A DNA stretch of 64,000 bases from Bernardetia sp. MNP-M8. GTDB lineage: Bacteria > Bacteroidota > Bacteroidia > Cytophagales > Bernardetiaceae. The notes beneath the pieces are model-generated. The model had not been told where the DNA came from, made no database searches, and saw only the letters and a list, made by a program, of their open reading frames with translations. Within the stretch, counting starts at the first letter, position 1. Every line of letters begins with the position of its first letter. The DNA lies in the NCBI RefSeq assembly GCF_037126285.1, contig NZ_CP147012.1:3244676-3308675 (forward strand), read 5' to 3'. The position numbers and the translations under genes are program-made. This document shows, piece by piece, positions 1 to 9,608 of the stretch.

Positions 1-1602
1 TCCTATCCAAATATCATTATATGTATCTTGCATCATTGTCCAGACACTATTGTCTGCAAGTTGAGGGTCATTTTTTTCTTGTTTATTTGCTAATTTGGTC
101 AAATCAAATGGAATAGCTTCAGAAGTAGAGTTTCCTGTAAGTCCTAATGATTTTAAATTGTATTTGTACAATCCGTCTTGTAGTGTTCCTATCCAAAGAT
201 TTCCATTTTTATCTTCTAATAAGCTCAAAATATGTTTGTTTCGAAGTCCAATTTTATCACTTATTTTGATGAGTTGCCATTCTGTTGATTCTGGTTTTGG
301 CATATAGACATACAATCCATTTTCTGTTCCCAACCAAGTATTTCCTAAATAATCTTGTTCTAAAGCCCAAATTTCGGTTTGAAGATGGTGTGCTACATAT
401 TGTAACGGAATTGGATAATTATAAAAGACCTCTTTTTCTTCATCATATTTATTAAGACCATCATAAGTTCCTATCCACATGATGCCACTTCGGTCGTGGT
501 AGATAGTTTGTACAATATCATCACTCAATGAATACTGTTCAGCATCATTCTGACGGATAGTTATGATCTGTTCTGTTTTGGCTATAAAACGATTTATTCC
601 ACCTCCATACGTTCCTACCCAAATGTCTCCTTTTTGATCTTGTGCAATTGTTTTGACAATATCATTACTAAGTGTATGTGGGAAACTTGTAGAAGAATAT
701 TTTTGTACTTCTGTTTTTTTTCTATCTAATTTAAAAGCTCCTTCTTGTGTTCCTATCCAAAGATTTTGTTTTTTATCTTCAAAAAAAGTATAGACAGGAA
801 ATTGTGTAAGTTGTTTGTCATTTATAAAAACAGAAACAAATGCTTTACGGTGTCTATCTAATTTATAAAGACCATTTTCAGTTCCTACCCAAAATGTACT
901 ATCACTATCTTCGAATAAAGCCAAAACAGGAACATCTAAAAGACCATTATATTCTTGTGAGTATTCTATACTATTATTTAGCTTATCATAAATCTTGATT
1001 CCGTTTTCAGTTCCTACCCAAAGTGTTTCATGACTATCTTGAAAAATACTTCTTACTGTACGAGTATTTAGATTAGAAATTTTGTTTTCTTTAAGTCTGT
1101 ATTGAATAAAACGATCTTGAGTAAAGTCATATTTATTGATTCCATTTGTAGTTCCTACCCAAAGCACTCCATTATCGTCTTGATGTAAAGCTGTTACCAT
1201 TCCAGAGGAAAGTGAAGAAGAATCTTCTACTATGTGCGTATAGTTTTTGAACTCATATCCATCATAACGACTAAGTCCGTCACCTGTTCCTACCCATAAA
1301 AAACCACGAGTATCCTGTAAAATAGCAGTAATATTATTTTGTGCTAAACCATCATCAGAGTTAAATTTCTTGAAACGCAAGCCCATTATTGCTTGTGCTT
1401 GTTGTATTTGTTCGGCTTGTATTTGTTTAGAAATTCCTTTTTGGGCGTACGTAGAAAAACTAGAGCCAAAGAAAAAGACTACCAAAAGGACAATGTAACC
1501 TAGAAGAGGTACTATAAAAAATGGAAGCGAAAAAACACTTCTATATAGGTTATATAAATTGTTTTTGGTAAAATTAGTATTTAAAGAAGATAGAGATCTC
1601 AT
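1..1602 (-). CDS. Two-component regulator propeller (Y_Y_Y-type beta-propeller repeat) domain protein, N-terminal part. It has an N-terminal TM helix, starts at ATG 1602 and the ORF runs off the window at position 1. Probably the sensor part of a large hybrid kinase or AraC-type regulator.
   Basis: The reverse-strand reading frame is open from 1602 to 1 (534 codons). Repeated 'W(I/V)GT..GL..YD' propeller motifs, e.g. LADNSVWTMMQDTYNDIWIG at the window edge. Hydrophobic N-terminus. Confidence 0.65.
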   Translation of the reverse strand, partial: MRSLSSLNTNFTKNNLYNLYRSVFSLPFFIVPLLGYIVLLVVFFFGSSFSTYAQKGISKQIQAEQIQQAQAIMGLRFKKFNSDDGLAQNNITAILQDTRGFLWVGTGDGLSRYDGYEFKNYTHIVEDSSSLSSGMVTALHQDDNGVLWVGTTNGINKYDFTQDRFIQYRLKENKISNLNTRTVRSIFQDSHETLWVGTENGIKIYDKLNNSIEYSQEYNGLLDVPVLALFEDSDSTFWVGTENGLYKLDRHRKAFVSVFINDKQLTQFPVYTFFEDKKQNLWIGTQEGAFKLDRKKTEVQKYSSTSFPHTLSNDIVKTIAQDQKGDIWVGTYGGGINRFIAKTEQIITIRQNDAEQYSLSDDIVQTIYHDRSGIMWIGTYDGLNKYDEEKEVFYNYPIPLQYVAHHLQTEIWALEQDYLGNTWLGTENGLYVYMPKPESTEWQLIKISDKIGLRNKHILSLLEDKNGNLWIGTLQDGLYKYNLKSLGLTGNSTSEAIPFDLTKLANKQEKNDPQLADNSVWTMMQDTYNDIWIG

Positions 1603-2015
1603 AACTTAAATTATTAATTACGTATGGGTGCGTATAGGAAATAGGATTTTTACTTAGCCTTTGCCTATACTTTTCAAACTTATAGCCATAAAGAAGCTAT
1701 ATGATAAAAATGCTCGGTAAATAATCTGAAATACTCGACGAAAAAAAGGAAGCTATAACTATTTGAAGATTAGTGTCTTTAGGATGTAGTATGCACCAAA
1801 AAGGCAAGTTATTTGCTTTAAATTTTATACACCATTAATATATACCAATTTAAACAAAAATACGTTCTCTAAATACATTTTGACAGAACCAAGTCATCAA
1901 AAATTTCGTACTTTTGTATTATTATCGTCTTTTAAATTATATTTATTTCTTGAACTAGTATTTTACCATTATCCTAGTAATCCTAAAGATATTTTATACC
2001 TCAAAATTTACTTCT

Positions 2016-2168
2016 ATGAAAATTACTTCAATCAAAAATCTTCGCAGAGCATCAGCTATCATCGGTTGTCTTTTAGTAATCACAGCTAGTTCTTGTGCCT
2101 CTTACAAAACATGTCCTACCTATGCTAAAAAAACAAACACAGTTCAAAATTCTTCTGTGAATAGCTAA
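2016..2168 (+). CDS. Small putative lipoprotein (50 aa), MKITSIKNLRRASAIIGCLLVITASSCASYK...
   Basis: ATG ORF below the ORF-track size cut-off. Signal peptide followed by a lipobox-like ITASSC. Confidence 0.3.
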   Translation: MKITSIKNLRRASAIIGCLLVITASSCASYKTCPTYAKKTNTVQNSSVNS

Positions 2169-2381
2169 TTCGTTTTCTATCTATACGATAAAAAAGGCTT
2201 ACTGTTGTCGTTAGAAAGTATATCGCCCTTACTTATTTTTCAAAAATGAGTAGGGGTTTTGTGTGTTATAACTTATATTTGTTTAATGATTTTTTTTTAA
2301 GATGTTATTTTGTGAGTTAAGTTTAAACATTGTATCTTTACTGTTTAATAAAGCTAGACTATTTTTTAAACATTCTATTTT

Positions 2382-3011
2382 TTGTCTTTCATGTCCACTA
2401 TGTCTATTCTTCAAACTGTCCGAACTGTTACTCGCCCTAGGCATGATTTAATGGAAAGTCTGATTGGCTCAGACCGTTTGAGTAACTTTTCTGTTGAAGA
2501 TTATAAGTTGCTTTTAAGTACCAATTATCTTTTTCATTCTCATTTAGAACATCAAAGTCATTTTTTTTTATCTCTAAAAGATGAAAATCAAGAAGAGCAA
2601 ATCAAAAAACTAGATTTTTTAAATCGTATCAAGAAAGATTCTTTAGAAATAGAATTAAGAGCAATGCTTCCTGTAGCTATTTTTCAAGAACTCAAACAAC
2701 AAGAAAATACAATTCATTTTTCTAGTTTTGAGAATCTTTTGGGCTGGCTATATGTAGCAGAGGGTTCAATGTTGGGAGGAAAGATGATTCATAGAATTTT
2801 GGCTCAAAATAAAGAAATTCCTTTAGTTACAAACTTTGATTTCTTTAAAAATTATGAAGAAAAAACATCTTATTTGTGGAAGTCATTCAAAGAACTAGTT
2901 GAACAAGCGTGTAATTCAGAGCAAAAAAAAGAATCATTTTTAGAGGGGGCAGAAAAGTCATATCTCTATTTTGAAGCAGCATTTTATAAAGCTAAAAACA
3001 TTTTACAATAA
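2382..3011 (+). CDS. bphO: Heme oxygenase (biliverdin-producing, BphO-like)
   Basis: About 200 aa. Proximal-His region 'TRPRHDLMES' and distal 'YVAEGSMLGGKMI' Gly-rich helix typical of the HO fold. Lies directly upstream of the bacteriophytochrome. Confidence 0.7.
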   Translation: MSFMSTMSILQTVRTVTRPRHDLMESLIGSDRLSNFSVEDYKLLLSTNYLFHSHLEHQSHFFLSLKDENQEEQIKKLDFLNRIKKDSLEIELRAMLPVAIFQELKQQENTIHFSSFENLLGWLYVAEGSMLGGKMIHRILAQNKEIPLVTNFDFFKNYEEKTSYLWKSFKELVEQACNSEQKKESFLEGAEKSYLYFEAAFYKAKNILQ

Positions 3012-3074
3012 AAATACTTAATACAGACACCTATTAGAAACTGCCTTTATTCATCCTAAATTACTTATTTATCT

Positions 3075-5489
3075 ATGTCTAATTTATCTGAAAAGGAATT
3101 AAAAAATGCTATCGAAAATTGTGCAAAAGAGCCTATACATCGTTTGGGTTCAATACAACCTCATGGTTTTTTGATTGTATTTTCAGAAGAAATGACAGTA
3201 TTAGGAGTAAGTCAAAATCTAATACAAGAAACAAATTATAGTTTTGAAGACCTTATAAATAATTCTTTTTCTAAATTATTGGGAGAAAGACAAACTCTTT
3301 TTATCCAAAAAAAGATAAAAGAGGTTAACCTACAACAAGAAACAGCTTATTACAAAACAATCAACCCGTTACGTCTTTTCTTAGAAATAGATACAGAAAA
3401 AAAGCCATTTGATGGAATTATTCACAAAAGTAATCAAGGATTTATATTAGAATTAGAATCAATAGATACAGAAAAAACAGAACTTATAAGAGATAATTTT
3501 TATCAAATCAATAAAAAATCTATTATTCGTTTTCAACATTCCAATACGCTTACAGAGCTATATAAAGTAATTGTAGAGGAAGTAAGAAATATTACAGATT
3601 TTGATAGGGTAATGCTTTACAAATTTAATGAAGAATATGATGGACAAATTGTAGCCGAAATAAAAAGAGAGGAAATGAATCCTTATTATGATTTATGGTT
3701 TCCTTCTACCGATATTCCTCAGCAAGCAAGAGAATTATATCTCAAAAATTGGCTGCGTTTGATTGTAGATACAGATTATAAACCCTCTCCTATTTTATTA
3801 GCTGATTCTCTACAAAATGATTATTTAGATTTGAGTTTTTCCACGCTTCGAAGTGTTTCTCCTGTGCATATCGAATATCTCAAAAATATGGGAGTGGGTT
3901 CTTCTATGTCTATTTCTATTGTTATCGATAATAAACTGTGGGGACTTATCTCGTGCCATCACAACTCTGCTAAAAGAGTAGATTATTCTACTCGTATGAC
4001 ATCTGAGTTTTTTGGTCAGCTCGTTTCACTACAAATTGACAGATTACAAAAAAATGCCATTCAATATGATAGATTAGAAAAAAGAATTTTATCAGAAGGT
4101 ATTATCGAATCGCTCAATGAAGAGAGAAATATCTATGCAGGAATGATAAAGAAAGGAAATTCTTTTCTTAGGCTCTTGGAAGCTGATGGTTTTGCTGTTG
4201 TCAATCTTATTGAAAGTACTAGAAAAATAAAAAAAATAGGAATCACACCAACTGATGAACAAATTTGGGAAATTACGGATTGGTTAGATAAGGAATATGA
4301 AAATGAATTGTTTTTTTCCTCTTGCATTACTGATGATATTTCAAGCATTAATATAGATACGACTATCTGTTCAGGATTACTCAGTATTCCCATTTCAAAA
4401 GAAGATAATAGCCGTATAATTTGGTTTAGAAAAGAATTACAACAGAGTATCAGTTGGGGAGGAAAGCCTGAAAAGGCTATTTTCAAAAACGGAGATGAGT
4501 TTGTACTTAAACCTAGAAATTCGTTTGCTAAATGGAATCAGAGTGTAGAATGTCATTCAAAACAATGGAATTTGACAGAAATAGATGTTGTTCAAAGTAT
4601 TCAAGCTAAAATTTTCTATCTTGTTACTCAAAATATGAATGAATATAGAGAAGAACTAAGAAGGAAAGAGTTGGAACAACAAGTACAGATTCGTACAGAA
4701 GAACTCACAACAACAAATGAAAAATTAATTCAGGAAGTGAGTCAAAGAGAAAAAATAGCTTTTCAACTTAATGCTGGAATGCGACAACTAGAGCTAACTA
4801 ACAAAGAGTTAGAACACTTTGCTTATGTAGCTTCTCATGATTTACAAGAACCATTGAGAGCAATTGCTAGTTTTAGCCAACTTTTAGAAAAACGCTATAA
4901 AGGGCAGTTAGATGAAAAAGCTGATATGTATATTGGTTTTATTATTGAAGGCTCAAATCGGATGAAAAGTCTTATTATGGATTTGCTGCTTTACTCAAGA
5001 TTGCATCGCAACGAAACTCCTCATAAAGAAGTAAATTTGCAGCAAATTTATCAAAATGCACTCAAAAACCTGACTCTTAGAATAGAAGAAACAGAAGCTA
5101 AAATAGAATTGCAAGATGAATTACCTACCACAAATTTAATGGGTAATGAAACAAAGCTAACTCAACTTTTTCAAAATTTAATAGGAAATGCAATTAAATA
5201 TCGCTCTGAAAAAACTCCTCATATAAAATTATCTTATACAGAAACAGAAAAGTATTTTGAATTTACTATCTCAGATAATGGAATCGGAATTGATTCAAGG
5301 TTTGCTGAGAGAATCTTTGTTTTGTTTCAACGTTTGCACACAAAAGAACAATATGAAGGAACAGGAATCGGACTTGCGCTTTGTCAAAAAATTGTAGAAC
5401 AGCATAACGGAAAAATTTGGCTAAATACTCAAAAAAGTAAATTTGGAGAAGGAACAACCATCCATTTTACATTAAAAAAATCAAATTAA
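3075..5489 (+). CDS. bphP: Bacteriophytochrome histidine kinase (PAS-GAF-PHY + HisKA/HATPase)
   Basis: N-terminal 'ENCAKEPIHRLGSIQPHGFL' matches the biliverdin-binding Cys and IQPHG motif of DrBphP-like proteins. H-box 'SHDLQEPLR'. C-terminal HATPase G-boxes 'DNGIGI' and 'GTGIGL'. Confidence 0.9.
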   Translation: MSNLSEKELKNAIENCAKEPIHRLGSIQPHGFLIVFSEEMTVLGVSQNLIQETNYSFEDLINNSFSKLLGERQTLFIQKKIKEVNLQQETAYYKTINPLRLFLEIDTEKKPFDGIIHKSNQGFILELESIDTEKTELIRDNFYQINKKSIIRFQHSNTLTELYKVIVEEVRNITDFDRVMLYKFNEEYDGQIVAEIKREEMNPYYDLWFPSTDIPQQARELYLKNWLRLIVDTDYKPSPILLADSLQNDYLDLSFSTLRSVSPVHIEYLKNMGVGSSMSISIVIDNKLWGLISCHHNSAKRVDYSTRMTSEFFGQLVSLQIDRLQKNAIQYDRLEKRILSEGIIESLNEERNIYAGMIKKGNSFLRLLEADGFAVVNLIESTRKIKKIGITPTDEQIWEITDWLDKEYENELFFSSCITDDISSINIDTTICSGLLSIPISKEDNSRIIWFRKELQQSISWGGKPEKAIFKNGDEFVLKPRNSFAKWNQSVECHSKQWNLTEIDVVQSIQAKIFYLVTQNMNEYREELRRKELEQQVQIRTEELTTTNEKLIQEVSQREKIAFQLNAGMRQLELTNKELEHFAYVASHDLQEPLRAIASFSQLLEKRYKGQLDEKADMYIGFIIEGSNRMKSLIMDLLLYSRLHRNETPHKEVNLQQIYQNALKNLTLRIEETEAKIELQDELPTTNLMGNETKLTQLFQNLIGNAIKYRSEKTPHIKLSYTETEKYFEFTISDNGIGIDSRFAERIFVLFQRLHTKEQYEGTGIGLALCQKIVEQHNGKIWLNTQKSKFGEGTTIHFTLKKSN

Positions 5490-5620
5490 TTAATGGCTTA
5501 AAATAAATAGCACTTAGTTGATATAAAATAAAAATAAACAAAGATAGATGATTCGTTGTTTATCTAAATATAACTAACTAATCAAATAAACACTTACTTA
5601 CAAACAAAGTAAAAATAATT

Positions 5621-6049
5621 ATGAAACCCATCAAAATTCTTTTAGTAGAAGACAATCTTGCTGATACCGTATTGATTCAGGAAAGCTTGCTTGAAAGTAA
5701 ACTTAATCTTGATATTGATGCTGTTATTGATGGCGAAAAAGCAATGGAATATCTGTACGAAAGGCTAGAAAATGGCTGTGAAAGACTACCAGATTTAGTT
5801 ATCTTGGATTTGAATATGCCTCGTAAAGATGGAAGAGAAGTATTAAAGGAAATCAAAGAACATGAGGAGCTTTGTCTCATACCTGTTGTGATTATGACTA
5901 CTTCTGAAAATGAAGAAGATGTAAAATTTGCATATAAAAATCATGCAAATAGTTATATTAGTAAGCCTGTTGAAATGGATGAATTTACCAAAATTGTTTC
6001 TTCTATAAATAATTTTTGGCTGACCATAGTAAAACTGCCTAACTCATAG
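5621..6049 (+). CDS. Single-domain response regulator (CheY/Rcp-like receiver)
   Basis: 'ILLVEDN', 'LDLNMP', 'KPV' receiver motifs in a 142-aa protein. Typical phytochrome-associated response regulator. Confidence 0.85.
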   Translation: MKPIKILLVEDNLADTVLIQESLLESKLNLDIDAVIDGEKAMEYLYERLENGCERLPDLVILDLNMPRKDGREVLKEIKEHEELCLIPVVIMTTSENEEDVKFAYKNHANSYISKPVEMDEFTKIVSSINNFWLTIVKLPNS

Positions 6050-6105
6050 ACTAGAACAAAAACACAAAAAGTGACCTTTAATTTTGAGCAATAACCTTTT
6101 ACATC

Positions 6106-7242
6106 ATGAATCGAACTTTGAATAGAATACATATTTTATTGATAGAAGATAATATAGCTGATCAGTTTCTCATGCAAGAAATACTAGAGAAGACTACATT
6201 CCCTGTCAAAAATCTAATTACAGCAGGCACTCTTACTGAGGGTTTAAAAGAATTGAATACAAAAAAAGTAGATTTAGTATTCTTAGATTTGTCATTGCCT
6301 GATAGTCATGGATTAGAAACATGTAAAACAATTACAGATAATTATTATGGAACACCTGTTATTGTTTTGACAGGATTAAATGATGTTCATGTAGGTTTAG
6401 AAGCTATTTCTTTAGGAGCTGCTGATTATATTGTCAAAGGAACATTGGATGAGTTTGGCATGGAAAGAGCGATTCTGTATGCTTTACAACGCAATGAAGC
6501 TCAAAAACAAATGACCAAAACAATGGACATGCTCAGAGGATATAATCAAAAACTAGAACAGTTTGCTCATATTATTTCTCATGACCTTATGTCACCAATT
6601 ATTTCTATAAAGGCATCTATTCAACTGTATGAATTAGAAAAAAAACACAATGATTTGACCCAAACTGCCGAAGAGGTAATGGACGAGGTATATAAAGGAG
6701 TTGACAAATTACACCTTAAATTAAAATCACTTGTCAAAACTCTTGTCGAACAGCAAACTTCGGGTTCTAAATTTGATACAATAGAATTATCTAGTTTTAC
6801 TAGAAAGGTAATTCAAGATATGCGAGAGATTTACAATCAACCCGATATTGACATTGAAGTAGATTTAACAGACGAACAAACTATTTCTTTTGTTCCTGAC
6901 TTAATGTATAGTATTATGCAAAACCTCCTTTCAAATGCTATAAAATATCGCTCTCCGAAACGTACTCCCAAAATAAAAATATGGGCAGAATCTCAAGAAG
7001 AATATTATTGCTTAAATGTAGAAGATAACGGAATAGGAATCGACATGGAAGCCAATAAAAACCGTCTATTTGGTATGTTTCAACGTTTGCACGAAGATAA
7101 TACTGAAATAGAAGGAAGAGGAATCGGATTACATTTAGTTAGAAATATCGTATACAGTAATGGTGGAAAAATAGATGTAAAAAGTACAGTTGATGAAGGA
7201 ACTACTTTTATTGTTTGTTTGCCTAGAGAGCCAAAATTTTAA
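6106..7242 (+). CDS. Hybrid response-regulator receiver + histidine kinase (REC-HisKA-HATPase)
   Basis: N-terminal receiver ('ILLIEDN', 'LDLSLPD'), H-box 'SHDLMSPI', C-terminal 'DNGIGI...GRGIGL'. Confidence 0.85.
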   Translation: MNRTLNRIHILLIEDNIADQFLMQEILEKTTFPVKNLITAGTLTEGLKELNTKKVDLVFLDLSLPDSHGLETCKTITDNYYGTPVIVLTGLNDVHVGLEAISLGAADYIVKGTLDEFGMERAILYALQRNEAQKQMTKTMDMLRGYNQKLEQFAHIISHDLMSPIISIKASIQLYELEKKHNDLTQTAEEVMDEVYKGVDKLHLKLKSLVKTLVEQQTSGSKFDTIELSSFTRKVIQDMREIYNQPDIDIEVDLTDEQTISFVPDLMYSIMQNLLSNAIKYRSPKRTPKIKIWAESQEEYYCLNVEDNGIGIDMEANKNRLFGMFQRLHEDNTEIEGRGIGLHLVRNIVYSNGGKIDVKSTVDEGTTFIVCLPREPKF

Positions 7243-7685
7243 TCTTCTTCAAAAAATTTCTTATAAACAGGACTTCTATAGGCAAATTGCGCCCACATTC
7301 CAGGATAAATTATTGTATCTAAAATTTTAGATGAAGTATAATAATCTATATCATCGATAATTATACACGAATTCTCATCTACTTTTCTTATTCTGTGGTG
7401 ATGTTTCCATTTTTTGAGAGGAAAGGGCAAATCTTTTTCGGCTGTATCTATAAAATAAATTTCACTTTCTGTTTCAGCTTGTTCAACAATATAGGAAGTC
7501 CATTTTGAGCTATAAATTCCAAAATCTAATTCTAGATGTACTTCATCGCCTACCTTACAGCCATCAAAACGATTGAGTTTGAGCTTCGGAAAAGGAGGAC
7601 TAAGTTTTAAAAATAGTTTTTCTGTAAAGCCATTCCATACCTCTTTGGCAGAACGGTTGATTGGAGTTTCAATGGTTAGTTTCAT
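7239..7685 (-). CDS. SRPBCC (START/Bet v1-like, polyketide-cyclase-fold) family protein
   Basis: 148 aa. Pattern resembles COG4276-type ligand-binding SRPBCC proteins. Convergent 4-nt overlap with the upstream kinase. Confidence 0.45.
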   Translation of the reverse strand: MKLTIETPINRSAKEVWNGFTEKLFLKLSPPFPKLKLNRFDGCKVGDEVHLELDFGIYSSKWTSYIVEQAETESEIYFIDTAEKDLPFPLKKWKHHHRIRKVDENSCIIIDDIDYYTSSKILDTIIYPGMWAQFAYRSPVYKKFFEED

Positions 7686-7840
7686 AATCTATAAAATCAA
7701 ATTGTGAAGGAAAATGTTTTGTTATCTTTGTAAACTTAAATTCTTTCTCGGTCTGACCTTCGGCACTGACCTACATCATAAATAAAAAGATATTTTGCAT
7801 TCATTCACAATTTATCATTCATAATTCACCATTCAAAAAA

Positions 7841-8947
7841 ATGCTTTTCTCTGATATTTTAGGTTTAGATCAACTCAAAAAAACGCTTACTTCTGCTGTT
7901 CATAATAATCATGTGGCACATGCACAGCTTTTTTTAGGTTATGAAGGAAGTGCAGGTCTTTCTCTTGCTTGGGCGTATGCTACTTTTTTAAATTGTGAAA
8001 ACAAACAAGAAAATGATGCTTGTGGAAAGTGTAGTTCGTGCATTCGCTACAAAAAGCTAATTCACCCAGATTTACATTTTGTTTTTCCGACAGCAAAAGC
8101 AAAAGCCTACAAGGAGAGAGAGGAGTTTATGAAAGGTTGGCGAGAATTTTTACCAAAACATAAATACCCAGTTTTGCAAGATTGGTCTGATTATTTGGAA
8201 ACAGATGGCAAGCAGTTTAGTATTTCGGTGGCAGAAAGTCGTTATATTTCAAAAATTTTATCTCTGAAAGCGTATGAAGGAGGTTACAAGATTTTGATTT
8301 TGTGGTTGCCTGAATATATGAATGCGAGTGCAGCAAACGCACTTTTGAAAGGGTTAGAAGAACCTCCAAAAAATACTATCTTTCTTTTGGTAGCCGAAAA
8401 AACTGATAAAATATTAGCTACTATTCTTTCTCGTTGTCAGCTTATTCAAGTTCCTCGTTATTCTGACCAAGAAGTCAAGGAATATTTGATAAGTCAGAAT
8501 ATAAAGGAAGAAGAAGCTGGAGAAATTGCGCCTTTAGTAGATGGAAACTTGAATGAAGCCATGAAACTAAGTGAGCATTCGCAAAACAAAAATCAAGAGC
8601 TTTTTAGAGATTGGATGCGCCTTTGTTTCAAACACGATTATGCAGGTTTTGTAAATCAAGCTGATGTATTTCATAGCCTAGGAAAAGAAGGTCAAAAAAC
8701 ACTTTTAATGTATGCTCTGACTATTTTGAGAGAATCTTTGATTTCTAATTTTGGCACAGAACAGCTTATCCGTACCGAATCTGAAACACTAAAATTTGTA
8801 CAGAATTTTGCTAAAGTTATCGATGAAAGAAATATTTTTTCGTTGGTAGAAAAGATAGATGAAGCCTATTTTCACTTAGAAAGAAATGCAAATTCTAAAA
8901 TTATTTTTATGGATTTGTCGGTACAGATTGCTAGATTATTGAGATAA
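7841..8947 (+). CDS. holB: DNA polymerase III delta' subunit
   Basis: 'HAQLFLGYEGSAGL' degenerate Walker region, 'CGKCSSCIRYKKLIHPDLHFV' zinc-module/box typical of HolB, 'ILWLPEYMNASAANALLKGLEEPP' sensor motif. Confidence 0.8.
   Translation: MLFSDILGLDQLKKTLTSAVHNNHVAHAQLFLGYEGSAGLSLAWAYATFLNCENKQENDACGKCSSCIRYKKLIHPDLHFVFPTAKAKAYKEREEFMKGWREFLPKHKYPVLQDWSDYLETDGKQFSISVAESRYISKILSLKAYEGGYKILILWLPEYMNASAANALLKGLEEPPKNTIFLLVAEKTDKILATILSRCQLIQVPRYSDQEVKEYLISQNIKEEEAGEIAPLVDGNLNEAMKLSEHSQNKNQELFRDWMRLCFKHDYAGFVNQADVFHSLGKEGQKTLLMYALTILRESLISNFGTEQLIRTESETLKFVQNFAKVIDERNIFSLVEKIDEAYFHLERNANSKIIFMDLSVQIARLLR
8897..8947 (+). repeat. Copy A of the ~50-bp holB 3'-end direct repeat. It encodes ...KIIFMDLSVQIARLLR* and is the functional holB end.
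   Basis: aaaattatttttatggatttgtcggtacagattgctagattattgagataa. Near-identical copy at 11927..11978 and a degenerate copy at 9478..9517. Confidence 0.8.
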
Positions 8948-8971
8948 AAAAACTTCTAAACTATTTATACA

Positions 8972-9448
8972 ATGAGAAAAACAGTTGTATTTGCTATTCT
9001 ATTTTTGATTTTTTCTTTTACTACTATTTCTTCAAACTCAATTATAGACAATAAAGATGATTTTTCTATTGAAGTTGAAGAAAGCGCAATGCTCATTCAC
9101 AATAATTACAAAATCTCACAAGATTGTATTAATATAAGATTACAAACACCACCTATAAAAGATGTATCCTATTCAAAAGTAGTTTCTAAAACTGATAGAA
9201 AAATAATTACTGATTTATTAGATAAAATAGAATTTGACGAACTTCGGAAAAGCTATTCCTATTATGCCATTGATGATATGGTAGAATATGATTTCACAGT
9301 CAATTACAAAGGAAAGAGTAAATCAATTCACATATACGATGTCAAAGTAAAACCTATTTTTGATTTGGTAGCAAAAATAAATACACTCTTGCCAAAAGAA
9401 TATGCTATTGGTTATGATGAAGCCTACCTTTCTTTATCTAAAAGATAA
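8972..9448 (+). CDS. Hypothetical secreted protein (signal peptide), cargo of the holB-adjacent insertion
   Basis: ORF with hydrophobic N-terminus MRKTVVFAILFLIFSFTTISS. No recognisable domain. Confidence 0.45.
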   Translation: MRKTVVFAILFLIFSFTTISSNSIIDNKDDFSIEVEESAMLIHNNYKISQDCINIRLQTPPIKDVSYSKVVSKTDRKIITDLLDKIEFDELRKSYSYYAIDDMVEYDFTVNYKGKSKSIHIYDVKVKPIFDLVAKINTLLPKEYAIGYDEAYLSLSKR

Positions 9449-9477
9449 TAATACCAAAATGAAAACTAAACTACACC

Positions 9478-9517
9478 TAAATTTTTATCGATACAGATTG
9501 CCAGAGTTTTGAGATAA
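9478..9517 (+). repeat. Copy B, a degenerate internally deleted copy of the holB 3'-end repeat
   Basis: aaatttttatcgatacagattgccagagttttgagataa aligns to copy A with an ~8-nt deletion. Confidence 0.6.
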
Positions 9518-9608
9518 CTTTTTAATATTTCTATATAGGTCAGCCTCGTAGAGCAGACCGTTTATAGTCTGTTCAAATAATAATCTAGTCTTTTTTCGTT
9601 CTTTAGTT

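Noticed and set aside
95-307. 70-aa plus-strand ORF
   Set aside because: It lies entirely inside the minus-strand propeller-repeat gene, whose frame is open across the region with strong repeat motifs. Shadow ORF.
1880-2089. 69-aa plus-strand ORF in the 1603..2381 intergenic region
   Set aside because: Low-complexity, no signal or motif. It overlaps in another frame the more plausible small lipoprotein ORF (2016..2168). Likely spurious.
4133-4486. 117-aa minus-strand ORF
   Set aside because: Antisense shadow inside the well-supported bphP gene.
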